Counted from the stretch's first letter, positions 29,436-39,815 are shown. The stretch: DNA of 64,000 nucleotides from an uncultured Trueperaceae bacterium (GCA_963799485.1 CAWCXJ010000006.1:640001-704000), one strand, 5' to 3'. Program-made: numbers and translations. The notes: generated by a model from the letters alone, not told the origin.

Positions 29436-30350
29436 CTAAAGGCGCACAGCCGTCAGAAACAGGTAATACTTCCCGGTGATAAAAACCCGAAAGCGGTGCT
29501 GCTGCAAATACTTCCGGTAAAACGCCAAATCCTTAACGACGAGCGACAAATCAGGCTGGCTAAAGTTTTTCATTTTGGCGCCGTAGATGATTTCACCGTC
29601 CCGGTAGCGGCAGTTCGGCAAGGTCAAAATCAGACTTCCGCGCTCCGTAAGGTACTGCACGACTTCGCGGATGAGGGTATGCCCGTTTACGCCGGGGCTT
29701 TGAAACGTTGCAATGCTGATGATGAGGTCGAAGCGTCTTAGCTCGAGCCCTCGCAACTCATTCAAATCGGCCTGGATAAAGCGGTAGGTGTCCCCCGTAA
29801 AACGCTGGCGGGCAGCGTCTAGCGCACTTGCCGAATAATCGATGCCCGTAAAGCTCAGGTCGTAGCCGTCAAAAAGCGTCTCAAACGGGATGAGTTCGTC
29901 CCCCCGGCCCACCCCCAGACTCAGCACGCGGCTTTCCGAAGGTAGCGAAACACGTTTCAGGGCTTCGGTGTAGTCGAGTAAAAAGGTGGGCTCCTCGAGC
30001 TTTTGCACCCGGCTAAACTCCGACGCTTCGCCGTAGGTCTCACGACCGGCTTTGTCTTGATGCCAGGATGCACCTGCCGGTTTCGACACCGTAAACCTGA
30101 CGAGTACGCCCTCAGGTTCAGGCGTGTGCAGGCGGCACCCGAGGCGCTCGGCCAGCTCGAGCCACACCCTCAGCGGTCGGTGACGGTAACGCTTACCCTG
30201 ATGCGCGAACAGTTCACCCGTAAAAAGTCCTGTAGCCAGATCGGGATTGAGGGCGTAAAACGTGAGGGGTTCATCTGTAGCGAGGGGCTCGAGCCTCATT
30301 CTCAGCATTTCGGTAACCCCTGCTAGCGGCTCGTCGGTAAACGTCAACAT
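29436..30350 (-). CDS. Class I SAM-dependent methyltransferase
   Basis: VLSLGVGRGDE, GIDYS, ADL, FDLIIS. Confidence 0.8.
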   Translation of the reverse strand: MLTFTDEPLAGVTEMLRMRLEPLATDEPLTFYALNPDLATGLFTGELFAHQGKRYRHRPLRVWLELAERLGCRLHTPEPEGVLVRFTVSKPAGASWHQDKAGRETYGEASEFSRVQKLEEPTFLLDYTEALKRVSLPSESRVLSLGVGRGDELIPFETLFDGYDLSFTGIDYSASALDAARQRFTGDTYRFIQADLNELRGLELRRFDLIISIATFQSPGVNGHTLIREVVQYLTERGSLILTLPNCRYRDGEIIYGAKMKNFSQPDLSLVVKDLAFYRKYLQQHRFRVFITGKYYLFLTAVRL

Positions 30351-30436
30351 CGCCGTTCGTTCATACCATTTCTCGCCGCTTTACGGTGATGTGCGCCTGA
30401 GACGTGCCGGGCGGGTGTGCTACCATAAACGTCTCG

Positions 30437-31942
30437 ATGCGCGTTCTTTTCGCTTTTCTTCTCCTCTCATTGGCCGCGCAGTTTCCCGTTCAGGCAAAAA
30501 CCGACCAGCTCCGGGGACTCTGGGTAGACGCCTACGGCCCCGGTTTCAAGTCCTCTGAAGAAATCGATGCCCTCATCACTGCGGCGCAGGCGCTGAACCT
30601 CAACGCACTTTTTGTGCAGGTCGTGCGGCGCGGCGACTGTTACTGCTTGCGCTCGACGCTCCCGGTCAGCGACGATCCTGCGCTGACGCCCGCTTTCGAC
30701 CCGCTGGAAACGCTTGTTACACGCGCGCACGCCGCCGGGTTGCAGGTTCATGCGTGGGTCGTAACGCTGGCGCTCTGGGGAGCCGACCAACCGCCGACGA
30801 GCCCCGAACACGTCTACAACCTGCACGGCCCGAACGCTCCTGCGGGGGAACGGTGGCTCAACGTGCGTTACGACGGTGCGGTGCGCCCCGAGCAGGATGT
30901 CTATCTAGACCCCGGTGTTCCGGCGGTCGCGGATTACCTGACAGCGGCAGTTGTCAGCCTCGCGCAGAATTACGATTTGGACGGCGTAACCTTCGACCGG
31001 TTGCGCTACCCGGACTTTAATCTAGACGGCGCGCCGAGCTGGGGCTACAACCCGGTGAGTCTGGCGCGTTACGCGCAAGAAACCGGCGCGGTAGGCCTGC
31101 CGCACCCGAGCGACCCGCGCTGGACGGCGTGGCGGCGGCGGCAGCTGAGCTTGCTCGAGCGCCGCCTCTACCTGGAGCTTAAACGCACGAATCCCAGGCT
31201 CTGGGTCGGGGCGGCAACGATTGTTTACGGCGCGCCGCCTACGGATTCGGGTACGGGCTTTGCAGACAGCGTCGCCTACCGCCTCGTCTTGCAAGACTGG
31301 GCCGGCTGGCTGGCTGACGGCTTTTTGGACCTCAATCTGCCGATGAACTACAAACGGCTGAGCGACCCCCAAGAAGCGCTCTGGTTCGACGCCTGGAACC
31401 GCTACGCCCCGGCGCTCACAGCGCGTGGGCTTACGGCTATCGGGTTGGGGTTGTATCAAAACGACCCCGAAGACGTGCAGGCTCAGGTGCAGGAGGTTGC
31501 GCGGACGCCGGGGCTTGCGGGTTGGGTCGGGTATTCGTACCGCACCCCGAGTTCAGCAACCGACGCGGGTTTAGAAACTGCAGAGACGGCCCGCGCTGCG
31601 TTGGGGCCCCTGCTAAGTACCTCACTCAACACTTCACTTGGTCGTCCGCCACCTGTTACGGCACTTTTGGGCCGAGTCGAGGCGGATGAAGTGGAAACCG
31701 TCGAACTGCTCTACGCCGGGCAGGTTGTCGCTACCGCGCAAACAGACGCCGCCGGGGTTTACGGGTTTGTCCTTCCGGACAACACGGCTGAGGGGTATCT
31801 GCTGCGGCTGACCGGTGGCGTCGCCGTGCCTGCACCGCTCCAGACGGGTAGCGTCGCTCGAGCCCCAACCCTGACGCGCAGCCCGACCTGGTATCTGGCT
31901 GAATCGGCGGCAGACCCGACCGGAACGTCGTCGGCGTATTGA
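30437..31942 (+). CDS. Exported glycosyl hydrolase-like 10 (DUF187/YddW-DigH family) protein
   Basis: Signal peptide, RGLWV, FDPL, AHAAGLQVHAW, LDPG.P.V, YDLDGV.FD..RYP, QDW..W. Confidence 0.85.
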   Translation: MRVLFAFLLLSLAAQFPVQAKTDQLRGLWVDAYGPGFKSSEEIDALITAAQALNLNALFVQVVRRGDCYCLRSTLPVSDDPALTPAFDPLETLVTRAHAAGLQVHAWVVTLALWGADQPPTSPEHVYNLHGPNAPAGERWLNVRYDGAVRPEQDVYLDPGVPAVADYLTAAVVSLAQNYDLDGVTFDRLRYPDFNLDGAPSWGYNPVSLARYAQETGAVGLPHPSDPRWTAWRRRQLSLLERRLYLELKRTNPRLWVGAATIVYGAPPTDSGTGFADSVAYRLVLQDWAGWLADGFLDLNLPMNYKRLSDPQEALWFDAWNRYAPALTARGLTAIGLGLYQNDPEDVQAQVQEVARTPGLAGWVGYSYRTPSSATDAGLETAETARAALGPLLSTSLNTSLGRPPPVTALLGRVEADEVETVELLYAGQVVATAQTDAAGVYGFVLPDNTAEGYLLRLTGGVAVPAPLQTGSVARAPTLTRSPTWYLAESAADPTGTSSAY

Positions 31943-31951
31943 CCTTACCGG

Positions 31952-31990
31952 GCTGTACTAGACTGCTGTACTAGACTGCTGTACTAGACT
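31952..31990 (+). repeat. Three exact tandem copies of the 13-mer GCTGTACTAGACT
   Basis: Read directly from the sequence; the array ends 5 nt before the manA ATG. Confidence 0.95.
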
Positions 31991-31995
31991 GGGGC

Positions 31996-32964
31996 ATGAC
32001 CGACCTTTATCCGCTCGAGCTCGACCGTTTTTTAAGCCCACGCCTCTGGGGAGGCGACCGGCTCGTGTCGTTTTTAGACCTCTCGGAACCCGGTGAGGCG
32101 CTGGGCGAGGCGTGGAGCATTTACGGCGAAAACCGTATTCTTAACGGCCCGCTTCAGGGGAAAACGCTCGCCGAAGTCACTTCTGCACTGGGCGCTGAGC
32201 TGATCGGCAGCGCGCCTCTGAAGCGTTACGGCGACACCTTCCCGCTCCTAGCCAAGTTCATCGACGCCGCCGACAAGCTTTCGATTCAAGTTCACCCGGA
32301 CGACGCTTACGCTCACGAGCATGAAGCCGACACGGGCTTTCACGGTAAAAGCGAGGCGTGGCTGATTCTAGAAGCGGCCCCGGACGCGCACGTCATCTGG
32401 GGATTCAAGGATACGCTGACGCCCGAAGCGGTGAAGCAGGCGGCGCGTGAAGAGCGGCTCGAGCCCCACCTCAACTTCGTTCCCGTAAAAGCCGGCGACG
32501 TTATCTATAACCCCGCCGGAACGGTGCACGCCATCGGCGCAGGCATATTTTTGTTCGAGATTCAGCAGGCGTCGGATTTGACCTATCGGCTTTATGACTA
32601 CGGGCGCAAAGACGCTTCGGACAACCTCAGAGAACTGCATCTGGACAAAGCTTTGGAGGTCGCCGACCTGACGCCCGGTGAACACGCGCACGTCACGCCT
32701 AAACCTTTGGGAGACGGCAAAACCGAGCTGCTCAAAACCGAGTTTTTTGCCTTTGAACGGTGGGAAGTCTCAGGTGAGATGCAAGCATCTACGGTGCCGA
32801 CGAGCGCCGACTTGCTGAGCGTTTTATCCGGTGAGCTTGCTGTGCGCGCAGGTGACACCGAAGTGACGCTCAAACAAGGCGGGTCGTGTGTGCTGCCCGC
32901 TGCGCTGGGGGCGTACAGCGTTTCGGGTGAGGGTGTGGTGCTGCGCTGCTACGTTCCGGGCTAG
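31996..32964 (+). CDS. manA: Type I phosphomannose isomerase
   Basis: WGG, GEAW, FPLLAK..DA..KLSIQVHPDD, GK.EAW, GTVHAIG, EIQQ.SD.TYR.YD. Confidence 0.9.
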   Translation: MTDLYPLELDRFLSPRLWGGDRLVSFLDLSEPGEALGEAWSIYGENRILNGPLQGKTLAEVTSALGAELIGSAPLKRYGDTFPLLAKFIDAADKLSIQVHPDDAYAHEHEADTGFHGKSEAWLILEAAPDAHVIWGFKDTLTPEAVKQAAREERLEPHLNFVPVKAGDVIYNPAGTVHAIGAGIFLFEIQQASDLTYRLYDYGRKDASDNLRELHLDKALEVADLTPGEHAHVTPKPLGDGKTELLKTEFFAFERWEVSGEMQASTVPTSADLLSVLSGELAVRAGDTEVTLKQGGSCVLPAALGAYSVSGEGVVLRCYVPG

Positions 32965-32986
32965 GTTTTGAGCGTCGGGTTCGGCA

Positions 32987-33625
32987 CTAAGTTCGGCGCT
33001 GCGCGAACATCCAGGTATACAGCTCAGGCTCGCTGTAGGCTTTCGTCCAGCTGTTATGACCAACGCCGGGATAGACGGTCAGCTTGACGTTGCCCTTTGA
33101 CTTCTTAAGTGCCTCGACCATCTTCGTAGAAGCGGAGAGCGGTACTACAGCGTCGTCTGCGCCGTGAAACGCCCAGGCAGGCAGATTTTTGAGTTTGGCT
33201 GCGAGCGGCGGAATCCCACCCCCGCAAACCGGGACGAGCGCGGCAAACCGCGCCGGGTCTTTAAGGGCTAGATGCCACGCGCCGTAACCGCCCATACTGA
33301 GCCCGGTGAGATAAATACGCGTCGGGTCTACCGGATACTGCTTTTGCACTGTATTTAGGAGAGACTCGAGCCCGTTTAGCTCGAGCGTCCACCATGAGTC
33401 CGCCGTACACTGCGGCGCGACTACGAGCGCCGGTTCGGGAAACGGGTTGCGCGTCTCTAGAACATTCGGTAGGCCGTGCGCTTTGAGCTTTTCCAGATTG
33501 TCGCCGCGTTCACCCGCGCCGTGCAAAAAGAGGACAAGCGGTACGTTTACGGCGGTGTCCGGGGCGTAGAGCAGATAGGGGAGGGGCGCATCCGTTACTT
33601 TCCCCGGCGTCATTTTAGTTGCCAT
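32987..33625 (-). CDS. Alpha/beta-hydrolase (predicted peptidase/phospholipase)
   Basis: FLHGAGERG, GLSMGG nucleophile motif, HG..D.VVP, GHNSW. Confidence 0.88.
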   Translation of the reverse strand: MATKMTPGKVTDAPLPYLLYAPDTAVNVPLVLFLHGAGERGDNLEKLKAHGLPNVLETRNPFPEPALVVAPQCTADSWWTLELNGLESLLNTVQKQYPVDPTRIYLTGLSMGGYGAWHLALKDPARFAALVPVCGGGIPPLAAKLKNLPAWAFHGADDAVVPLSASTKMVEALKKSKGNVKLTVYPGVGHNSWTKAYSEPELYTWMFAQRRT

Positions 33626-33693
33626 AAAACAGTCTAGCCCGTTCGGTAGCGCGTCACCGGATACTCTCGGGTACGCGGCGTTAGGCTAAGAGG

Positions 33694-35469
33694 GTGACGT
33701 CGCAGCAGCAAATCACCCCAAAAAACGCCCTTAACCGGCTCTGGCAGATGGTTCGCCCGCGCTGGCACCAGGCGGCGGGGTTGTCGCTACTCCTGACCCT
33801 GACTGCCGCGCTCAGCGCAATCTGGCCGAAGTTCGTGCAGTTCACCATCGACGTGCTGATTCCCAGGGCCGACGCGCGGCTTTTTTGGCTCGCGGGTGCC
33901 GGGGCTGTGCTCTTTTATATCTTCTCGGCGTGGCTCGGTTACGTGGCGATGTACTATTCGTATGCCTTTACCCAAACGGTGATTTCCGAGACGCGGCTTT
34001 CCGCTTACGGTCGTTTGTTGACGCTGCCGCTGACCCGCTTTACGCAGGAGCGTTCGGGTTCGCTGGTGTCTAGGGTCGTCTCGGACGTCAACGCTTTGGA
34101 GACCATGATTCAGTCGGGCGCGTCACGGCTTTTAGGGCAGCTTTTCAGCGTCGTGATTATCCTGATTATCTTGTTTTTTACCAACTGGCAACTCGCGCTG
34201 ATTGCCCTGGTGATTACCGCAGCGATGGCGTATACAACCGGGTATTACCAGGGGTCGCTGCGCGCGTCGGCGCGGGGCATCCGGCAGCGCGTCGGCGAGC
34301 TGACGGCTACGGCGTCGGAAGCTATCAGCAACATCGGCGTGGTTAAAAGCTTTGCCAACGAACCCTTAGAGTTTCGCCGCTTCGCCGCCGACAACGACAC
34401 GTATGTCGAGCTGAACTTGGAGCGCCGTAAACAAGTCGGGTACATGGAAGCGTTCGTCGGGCTCTCGGCAGACTTGGGACTCGCCGCCGTCCTCGTTTTC
34501 GGCGGCTACCTCGTGTCACGTCAAGACCTGACCGTCGGGCAACTTTCGGCGTTTTTGCTCTACCTGGGCAGTCTGATTGGCCCGGTACGTTCGGTTATGT
34601 TCTTTAACAACGCGCTCCAGGCGGGTTTAGCGGCTTTAGAGCGGGTTGACGCCCTGATTCAAGACCGGCCCGAAGGCGGCGGCAGCCGGACCGAACCGGG
34701 GACAGGTGAGGTAGGGCTTACGTTTCAAAACGTCTCGTTCGCTTACCCGGAAGGCCGGGATAACGCCCTGAACGACCTGAGCTTTACGGTTTTACCGGGG
34801 CAAACTGTGGCGCTTGTCGGGCCTTCAGGCGCGGGCAAGAGTACTATTGCCAAACTCGTCAGCCGCCTCTACGACCCGGACACGGGCGCGGTAGAACTCG
34901 GCGGGTTCGATCTGCGCGATTACGATCTCGCGGCGCTCCGCAGCCGGGTCGCGGTCGTCCCGCAAGAACCGACGCTCTTTTCGGGGTCGGTGCGCGACAA
35001 CATCCGCTACGCCAAACCGGAAGCCGGCGACGCCGAGGTCGAGGAGGCGGCCCGACTTGCCAACGCCACCGGGTTTATAGAGGCGCTGCCGTTCGGGTTT
35101 GAAACCGAAATCGGTGAACGCGGCGTCAAGCTTTCAGGCGGGCAAAAACAGCGTCTGGCGATTGCGCGGGCGCTGCTCAAGGAAACGTCGGTGCTGATTC
35201 TTGATGAGGCGACGAGCAGCTTGGACGCCGAATCCGAGCGGGTGATTCAGGACGCGCTGGCAGGCTTGTTCGAGGAGCGTATGGGCGTCACGACGCTGAT
35301 TATCGCGCACCGGCTTTCGACGGTGCAGGGTGCGGACAAGATATTCGTGCTGAGTGAAGGTCGTTTAGCCGAACAGGGGACGCACCGCGAACTGCTCCTT
35401 CAGCGCGGGCTTTACCGCAGGCTTTACGATTTGCAGCGTGATGACGCGGTGGCGCTGCCTTTTGATTAG
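33694..35469 (+). CDS. Fused ABC exporter (TMD plus NBD)
   Basis: GPSGAGKS, LSGGQKQR, LILDEATS, IAHRLST. Confidence 0.93.
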   Translation: MTSQQQITPKNALNRLWQMVRPRWHQAAGLSLLLTLTAALSAIWPKFVQFTIDVLIPRADARLFWLAGAGAVLFYIFSAWLGYVAMYYSYAFTQTVISETRLSAYGRLLTLPLTRFTQERSGSLVSRVVSDVNALETMIQSGASRLLGQLFSVVIILIILFFTNWQLALIALVITAAMAYTTGYYQGSLRASARGIRQRVGELTATASEAISNIGVVKSFANEPLEFRRFAADNDTYVELNLERRKQVGYMEAFVGLSADLGLAAVLVFGGYLVSRQDLTVGQLSAFLLYLGSLIGPVRSVMFFNNALQAGLAALERVDALIQDRPEGGGSRTEPGTGEVGLTFQNVSFAYPEGRDNALNDLSFTVLPGQTVALVGPSGAGKSTIAKLVSRLYDPDTGAVELGGFDLRDYDLAALRSRVAVVPQEPTLFSGSVRDNIRYAKPEAGDAEVEEAARLANATGFIEALPFGFETEIGERGVKLSGGQKQRLAIARALLKETSVLILDEATSSLDAESERVIQDALAGLFEERMGVTTLIIAHRLSTVQGADKIFVLSEGRLAEQGTHRELLLQRGLYRRLYDLQRDDAVALPFD

Positions 35470-35595
35470 TTTAACCGCGTTATGTTGACCTTTGCGGTTC
35501 GTAAAACTGTTTTTTATGCAAGCCGCCGCCTGACGCCCACTCGCAGTCTTTTTGCTCGGCCTCGAGCCTTCCAGTCACCTTTCACCTATCGGTAG

Positions 35596-36336
35596 ATGAA
35601 ACGCTTTCGCCGCGCCCTGCTCCTTATCCTGCTCTTCGTGTTCGCCTTCGCTGCCGGACGGCTTTATCCCGTCGTGCGTCGCTCCCCACTTATCCCCAAC
35701 CAAGACGCCGTAGTTGCCGGAATCGGCCCCACGCAGGTTCCGGTCTCGTACGATCCGGATTTGGGCGGGTTTATCGACGTTGGGCCGCGAGACTTCACCA
35801 CGCTTTTCATCTTTTACCCCGGCGGCCTGGTACGCCCGCAAGCCTATACCTGGCTCGGGGTAGCGCTGGCACCCCTCGGGGTTCGGACGCTGATTCCGGT
35901 GTTCCCGGCTGATCTCGCTGTGACTGCGGCGAACCGCGCTGATAAGCTTTTGCCCTTAGCTGAAGGCAAACCCGTCGTTCTGGGCGGTCATTCGCTCGGC
36001 GGGGCGATGGCGGCGCGTTATCTGGTGCGGCGTCCGGACGCGGCGACCGGCCTGGTGCTGCTGGGAGCCTACAGCGCAAACGGTGACGACCTGAGCGCGT
36101 TGCCCTTAGACGTGCTGGTACTCGCTGCCGAAAACGATGGGCTGGCCTCTGTGCAAGAGGTGCGTGCTGGTATGACAAGGCTTCCCGAGTCAGCACAGCT
36201 GAGCGTTATCGACGGTTCGGTGCACAGTTTTTTCGGGCGTTACGGGCCGCAAGCAGGCGACGGGCTGCCGGGTGTAACCCGCGCCGCCGCCGAGCGTCAG
36301 ATTATCGGGGTGCTGCGGGCGTTTTTTAGAGAGTAA
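35596..36336 (+). CDS. Alpha/beta hydrolase with N-terminal membrane anchor
   Basis: FYPGG.V, GGHSLGG, H..FG.YG.Q.GD. Confidence 0.85.
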   Translation: MKRFRRALLLILLFVFAFAAGRLYPVVRRSPLIPNQDAVVAGIGPTQVPVSYDPDLGGFIDVGPRDFTTLFIFYPGGLVRPQAYTWLGVALAPLGVRTLIPVFPADLAVTAANRADKLLPLAEGKPVVLGGHSLGGAMAARYLVRRPDAATGLVLLGAYSANGDDLSALPLDVLVLAAENDGLASVQEVRAGMTRLPESAQLSVIDGSVHSFFGRYGPQAGDGLPGVTRAAAERQIIGVLRAFFRE

Positions 36337-36345
36337 ACTTGAGCT

Positions 36346-37023
36346 ATGGATACCGCTTCACTCATCAAACAAGCCACTGAACATGCCGAGCTGCTAAACC
36401 ACTGGGCCGCGTCGCTGCCGGAACTCGAGCTGGGGAGCCTCGAGCCCGCCCGAACTGCCCTGGTCAGCGTCGACGTGATCGAAGGCTTTACCCGTCAAGG
36501 TGCCCTCGCGAGCCCCCGCGTTACGGCGATTGTGCCGAACATCGTAACTTTGTTGGACAATCTGGACAGTCTGGGCGTCCCTGCGTCGCAGATTGCTTTT
36601 GTCCAGGACGCCCACCCGCAAGACGCCGAGGAGTTTACGGCGTATCCCCCGCACTGCATAGAAGGTACCCCTGAAGCTGAAGCGGTCAGCGAGTTGCAAA
36701 CGCTGCCGAACTGGGCGCAGTATCGTCACTTTGAAAAAAACAGCATCGCCAGCCATACGAGCGAAGGGTTTAATACTTGGCTCGAGGCTCAAGCTGTACA
36801 TACCATCATCGCCGTCGGCGACGTGACCGACCTCTGCCTCTACACGCTCGCGCTGCACCTGCAAGTCCGCACCCTGGCGCGCGGTTTGGGTCAGCGCATC
36901 ATCGTTCCCGAGCCCTGCACGCAAACCTGGGACGCACCCGACCACCCCGGTGACCTCTATCACCTGCTGTTTTTGTATCAGCTGGCGCGTAACGGCGTCG
37001 AGGTCGTCCGCGCGCTGCGTTGA
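36346..37023 (+). CDS. Isochorismatase/nicotinamidase-family cysteine hydrolase
   Basis: SVDVIEGF, DAH, PPHC..GT.E, KNS, GDVTDLC. Confidence 0.87.
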   Translation: MDTASLIKQATEHAELLNHWAASLPELELGSLEPARTALVSVDVIEGFTRQGALASPRVTAIVPNIVTLLDNLDSLGVPASQIAFVQDAHPQDAEEFTAYPPHCIEGTPEAEAVSELQTLPNWAQYRHFEKNSIASHTSEGFNTWLEAQAVHTIIAVGDVTDLCLYTLALHLQVRTLARGLGQRIIVPEPCTQTWDAPDHPGDLYHLLFLYQLARNGVEVVRALR

Positions 37024-37421
37024 CCTGTTTGACAGATGAGTTTGGTCAGTAGTTCGGACGCTTTTGGGAAAGTACGTCGGGAACGACATTTTTCTAAAAG
37101 GGAACCCAACAAAGATTTACGTCACAGAGAAAAATTAGAGTTTACGGCGAACCCTGCCCAAAGTGTTGTTCAGCTAAAGCATGGTTGTGAAGGGACGCTT
37201 TTGGCTCGAGCTTTTCTGACAGTCCTGCCTGTATAAGGTTAAATCCCTCGTCAAACCCACCTTGAAAAACGCTATTTTACGGCGAGCACGTTTTGTACGG
37301 CAAGAAAAACCGGCGTGAAAATGTGCGTTTTGCACATTCTATAACCCGATTGGATTTGTAGACTTATCAGGTTGTTCAGACCGGGCGCTGTGTTCGGTAC
37401 ATAACGGTTTGAAAGGCATCT

Positions 37422-39188
37422 ATGGGTTGGGAAGCTTGGGTTAGTGTCGGCGTTATCATTCTTAATATCTTGCTGCTTGTATTGACGCGTATCGGCGCGG
37501 ACATCGTACTCGTTTCGGGGGTGACGGTGCTTTTGCTGCTCGGCATCTTGTCCCCGACCGACGCTTTATCCGGGCTTGCTAACGAGGGCATGGTGACGGT
37601 CGGGGTGTTGTACGTCGTGGTTGCGGGACTCCGCGAAACAGGCGGCGTAAACTGGCTCGGTCAACAGCTTTTCGGTCGGCCCAAGTCGCTTGCCGGGGCG
37701 CAGTTTCGGCTGATGGCCCCGATTGCAGCGCTGAGCGCGGTGCTAAACAACACGCCGCTGGTCGCGATGATGATTCCGGCGGTGTCGGACTGGGCCAAAC
37801 GCAACCGTTTTTCAGCCTCGAGGCTCATGATTCCGCTCTCTTACGCCGCGATTCTGGGCGGCACGATGTCTCTTATCGGGACAAGTACCAACCTGGTGGT
37901 CAACGGACTTTTGCTCGAGCAAACCCCGGTTCGTTTCGGGCTTTTCGATATCGCCTGGGTCGGGCTGCCGAGTGCGCTCGTCGGCATCGGCTTTATCGTG
38001 CTCGTCGGACGCTGGCTTTTGCCCGACCGGAGTTCGGTGATCGACCAGCAGGGCGACCCACGCGAGTACACCCTCGAGATGCTCGTCGAAACAGGCGGCC
38101 CGCTTGCCGGCAAGAGCATCGAGGAAGCCGGACTCCGCAGCCTGCCGCAGCTTTACTTAGCCGAAATCGGACGCGGCGACCGTGTGATTCCGGCTGTCGG
38201 GCCGCAAGAGGTCTTGCAAGGCGGCGACCGGCTCGTGTTTGTCGGCGTGGTCGAATCGGTCGTTGACCTCAATAAAATTCGCGGGCTGATACCTGCGCCT
38301 GATCAGGTCGCCAAACTTACGACGCCGCGTTCGCAGCGTTCGCTCATCGAAGCGGTCGTCTCGAGCAGTTCGCCTTTGGTGAATAAAAGCGTCCGCGCCG
38401 GGGGTTTTCGCACCGTCTATAACGCCGTAATTATCGCTGTGGCGCGTAACGGCGAGCGGCTCAATCAGAAAATCGGCGATATTGTCTTGCAAGTTGGCGA
38501 TACGCTGTTGCTCGAGGCTCCCCCAAGCTTTACCCGTACCCACCGCAACTCGCGAGATTTTTTTCTGGTCAGCCAGGTCGCCAACTCGACCCCGCCGCGC
38601 CACGAACGCTCGGTCGTTGCCTTCGCCATTCTTATCGGGATGATTTTGCTCGTTACCTTCAACGTGCTGAGCATGTTGCAAGCGTCGCTGCTCGCCGCCG
38701 GCCTGATGCTCCTGACCCGCTGCATTTCCGGAACGACGGCGCGGCGCAGTGTGGACTGGCAGGTTTTAATCGTCATCGCTGCGTCGTTCGGGTTAGGGAA
38801 GGCGCTCGAGGTCACCGGCGCAGCGCAGGTGATCGCCGGGTCTTTGGTTGAGGTGGCCGGGGGCAACGCCTACCTGAGCCTTATTATCATCTACTTCGTT
38901 ACCATGCTTTTTACCGAGATGATTACGAATAACGGTGCGGCGGTCTTGATGTTTCCTATCGCCCTGGCGACCGCCAACGGTTTAGATGCGAACTTTGCCA
39001 CCTTTGCCATCGCCATTATGATGGCGGCCTCGGCGAGCTTTTCAACCCCCATCGGCTACCAAACCAACCTGATGGTTTACGGCCCCGGCGGCTACCGCTT
39101 TACCGATTACTTCCGTATCGGCATCCCGATGAACCTGCTGATGGCGCTCGTCACGCTGCTGATCGCCCCCCTGATTTGGCCGTTGTAA
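37422..39188 (+). CDS. SLC13/CitMHS-type permease with two TrkA-C domains
   Basis: LNNTPLVA, GGTMSLIGTSTN, TPIGYQTNLMVYGPGGY.F.D. Confidence 0.92.
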   Translation: MGWEAWVSVGVIILNILLLVLTRIGADIVLVSGVTVLLLLGILSPTDALSGLANEGMVTVGVLYVVVAGLRETGGVNWLGQQLFGRPKSLAGAQFRLMAPIAALSAVLNNTPLVAMMIPAVSDWAKRNRFSASRLMIPLSYAAILGGTMSLIGTSTNLVVNGLLLEQTPVRFGLFDIAWVGLPSALVGIGFIVLVGRWLLPDRSSVIDQQGDPREYTLEMLVETGGPLAGKSIEEAGLRSLPQLYLAEIGRGDRVIPAVGPQEVLQGGDRLVFVGVVESVVDLNKIRGLIPAPDQVAKLTTPRSQRSLIEAVVSSSSPLVNKSVRAGGFRTVYNAVIIAVARNGERLNQKIGDIVLQVGDTLLLEAPPSFTRTHRNSRDFFLVSQVANSTPPRHERSVVAFAILIGMILLVTFNVLSMLQASLLAAGLMLLTRCISGTTARRSVDWQVLIVIAASFGLGKALEVTGAAQVIAGSLVEVAGGNAYLSLIIIYFVTMLFTEMITNNGAAVLMFPIALATANGLDANFATFAIAIMMAASASFSTPIGYQTNLMVYGPGGYRFTDYFRIGIPMNLLMALVTLLIAPLIWPL

Positions 39189-39273
39189 AGCAGTAACGAG
39201 TTAAAAGCAACGAGCGGTGAGTGAGCAAGCTTTCGACTTCACTCATTGCTCGTTGCCGGGTACTCGGTACTCA
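39189..39273. repeat. REP-like palindromic element, copy 2 (inverted relative to copy 1)
   Basis: GCAACGAGC..TGAGTG...CACTCATTGCTCGTTGC between convergent genes. Confidence 0.7.
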
Positions 39274-39756
39274 GTAGTAGACACTGATGGTTCCGTTTGT
39301 AAGCTCGATACGCTCTTGTTGACTCACCAACACCCCGCCTGAAAGCGACGCGCCGATATAGTAGGTCGGCTGCGTAATAAGGTCGGCTAGCGTGCTACCG
39401 TACTCCGGCCCACCGATAAGCACCTCTTGTGAGACACCGGGCGTAAGTGTCAGGGGCCCGGAGAGCGGCAGATCAACCGCTGAAGGTAGAACGCAAGGTG
39501 TTGAAGGTGCAGTGGTACGACCATAAACCGTCACAGTTGCGCTACTTGTCCCTACCGAGGTGTACGTCGCCGTTGCACGGTAGTTGGCTCCACTAAACCC
39601 TACCGGAGCTGTTTCGGTTACTGGAGACGGTGTGTAGCAAACAAGCCCGTAACTGCTGTTGCCGGGAATCTCGACGTCGGGAACGCCGATACGGATAGGA
39701 GCAAACGAGCATCCGCCTAGGAGCGTCAACATAATACCTAAAAGGAAACGTTTCAT
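39271..39756 (-). CDS. Hypothetical lipoprotein
   Basis: MKRFLLGIMLTLLGGC lipobox. Confidence 0.75.
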   Translation of the reverse strand: MKRFLLGIMLTLLGGCSFAPIRIGVPDVEIPGNSSYGLVCYTPSPVTETAPVGFSGANYRATATYTSVGTSSATVTVYGRTTAPSTPCVLPSAVDLPLSGPLTLTPGVSQEVLIGGPEYGSTLADLITQPTYYIGASLSGGVLVSQQERIELTNGTISVYY

Positions 39757-39766
39757 TCTCTATATT

Positions 39767-39797
39767 AAAACCCCCGGCTGGACAAACTGCCGAGGGG
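39767..39797 (-). terminator. lon terminator
   Basis: Minus strand CCCCTCGGC...GCCGGGGG followed by TTTT. Confidence 0.6.
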
Positions 39798-39815
39798 CGC
39801 ACACCAGGGTGAGGT

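Noticed and set aside
31952..31990. Short repeats as a possible CRISPR array
   Set aside because: Units are 13 bp with no spacers and no cas genes are present. No CRISPR array was seen anywhere in the window.
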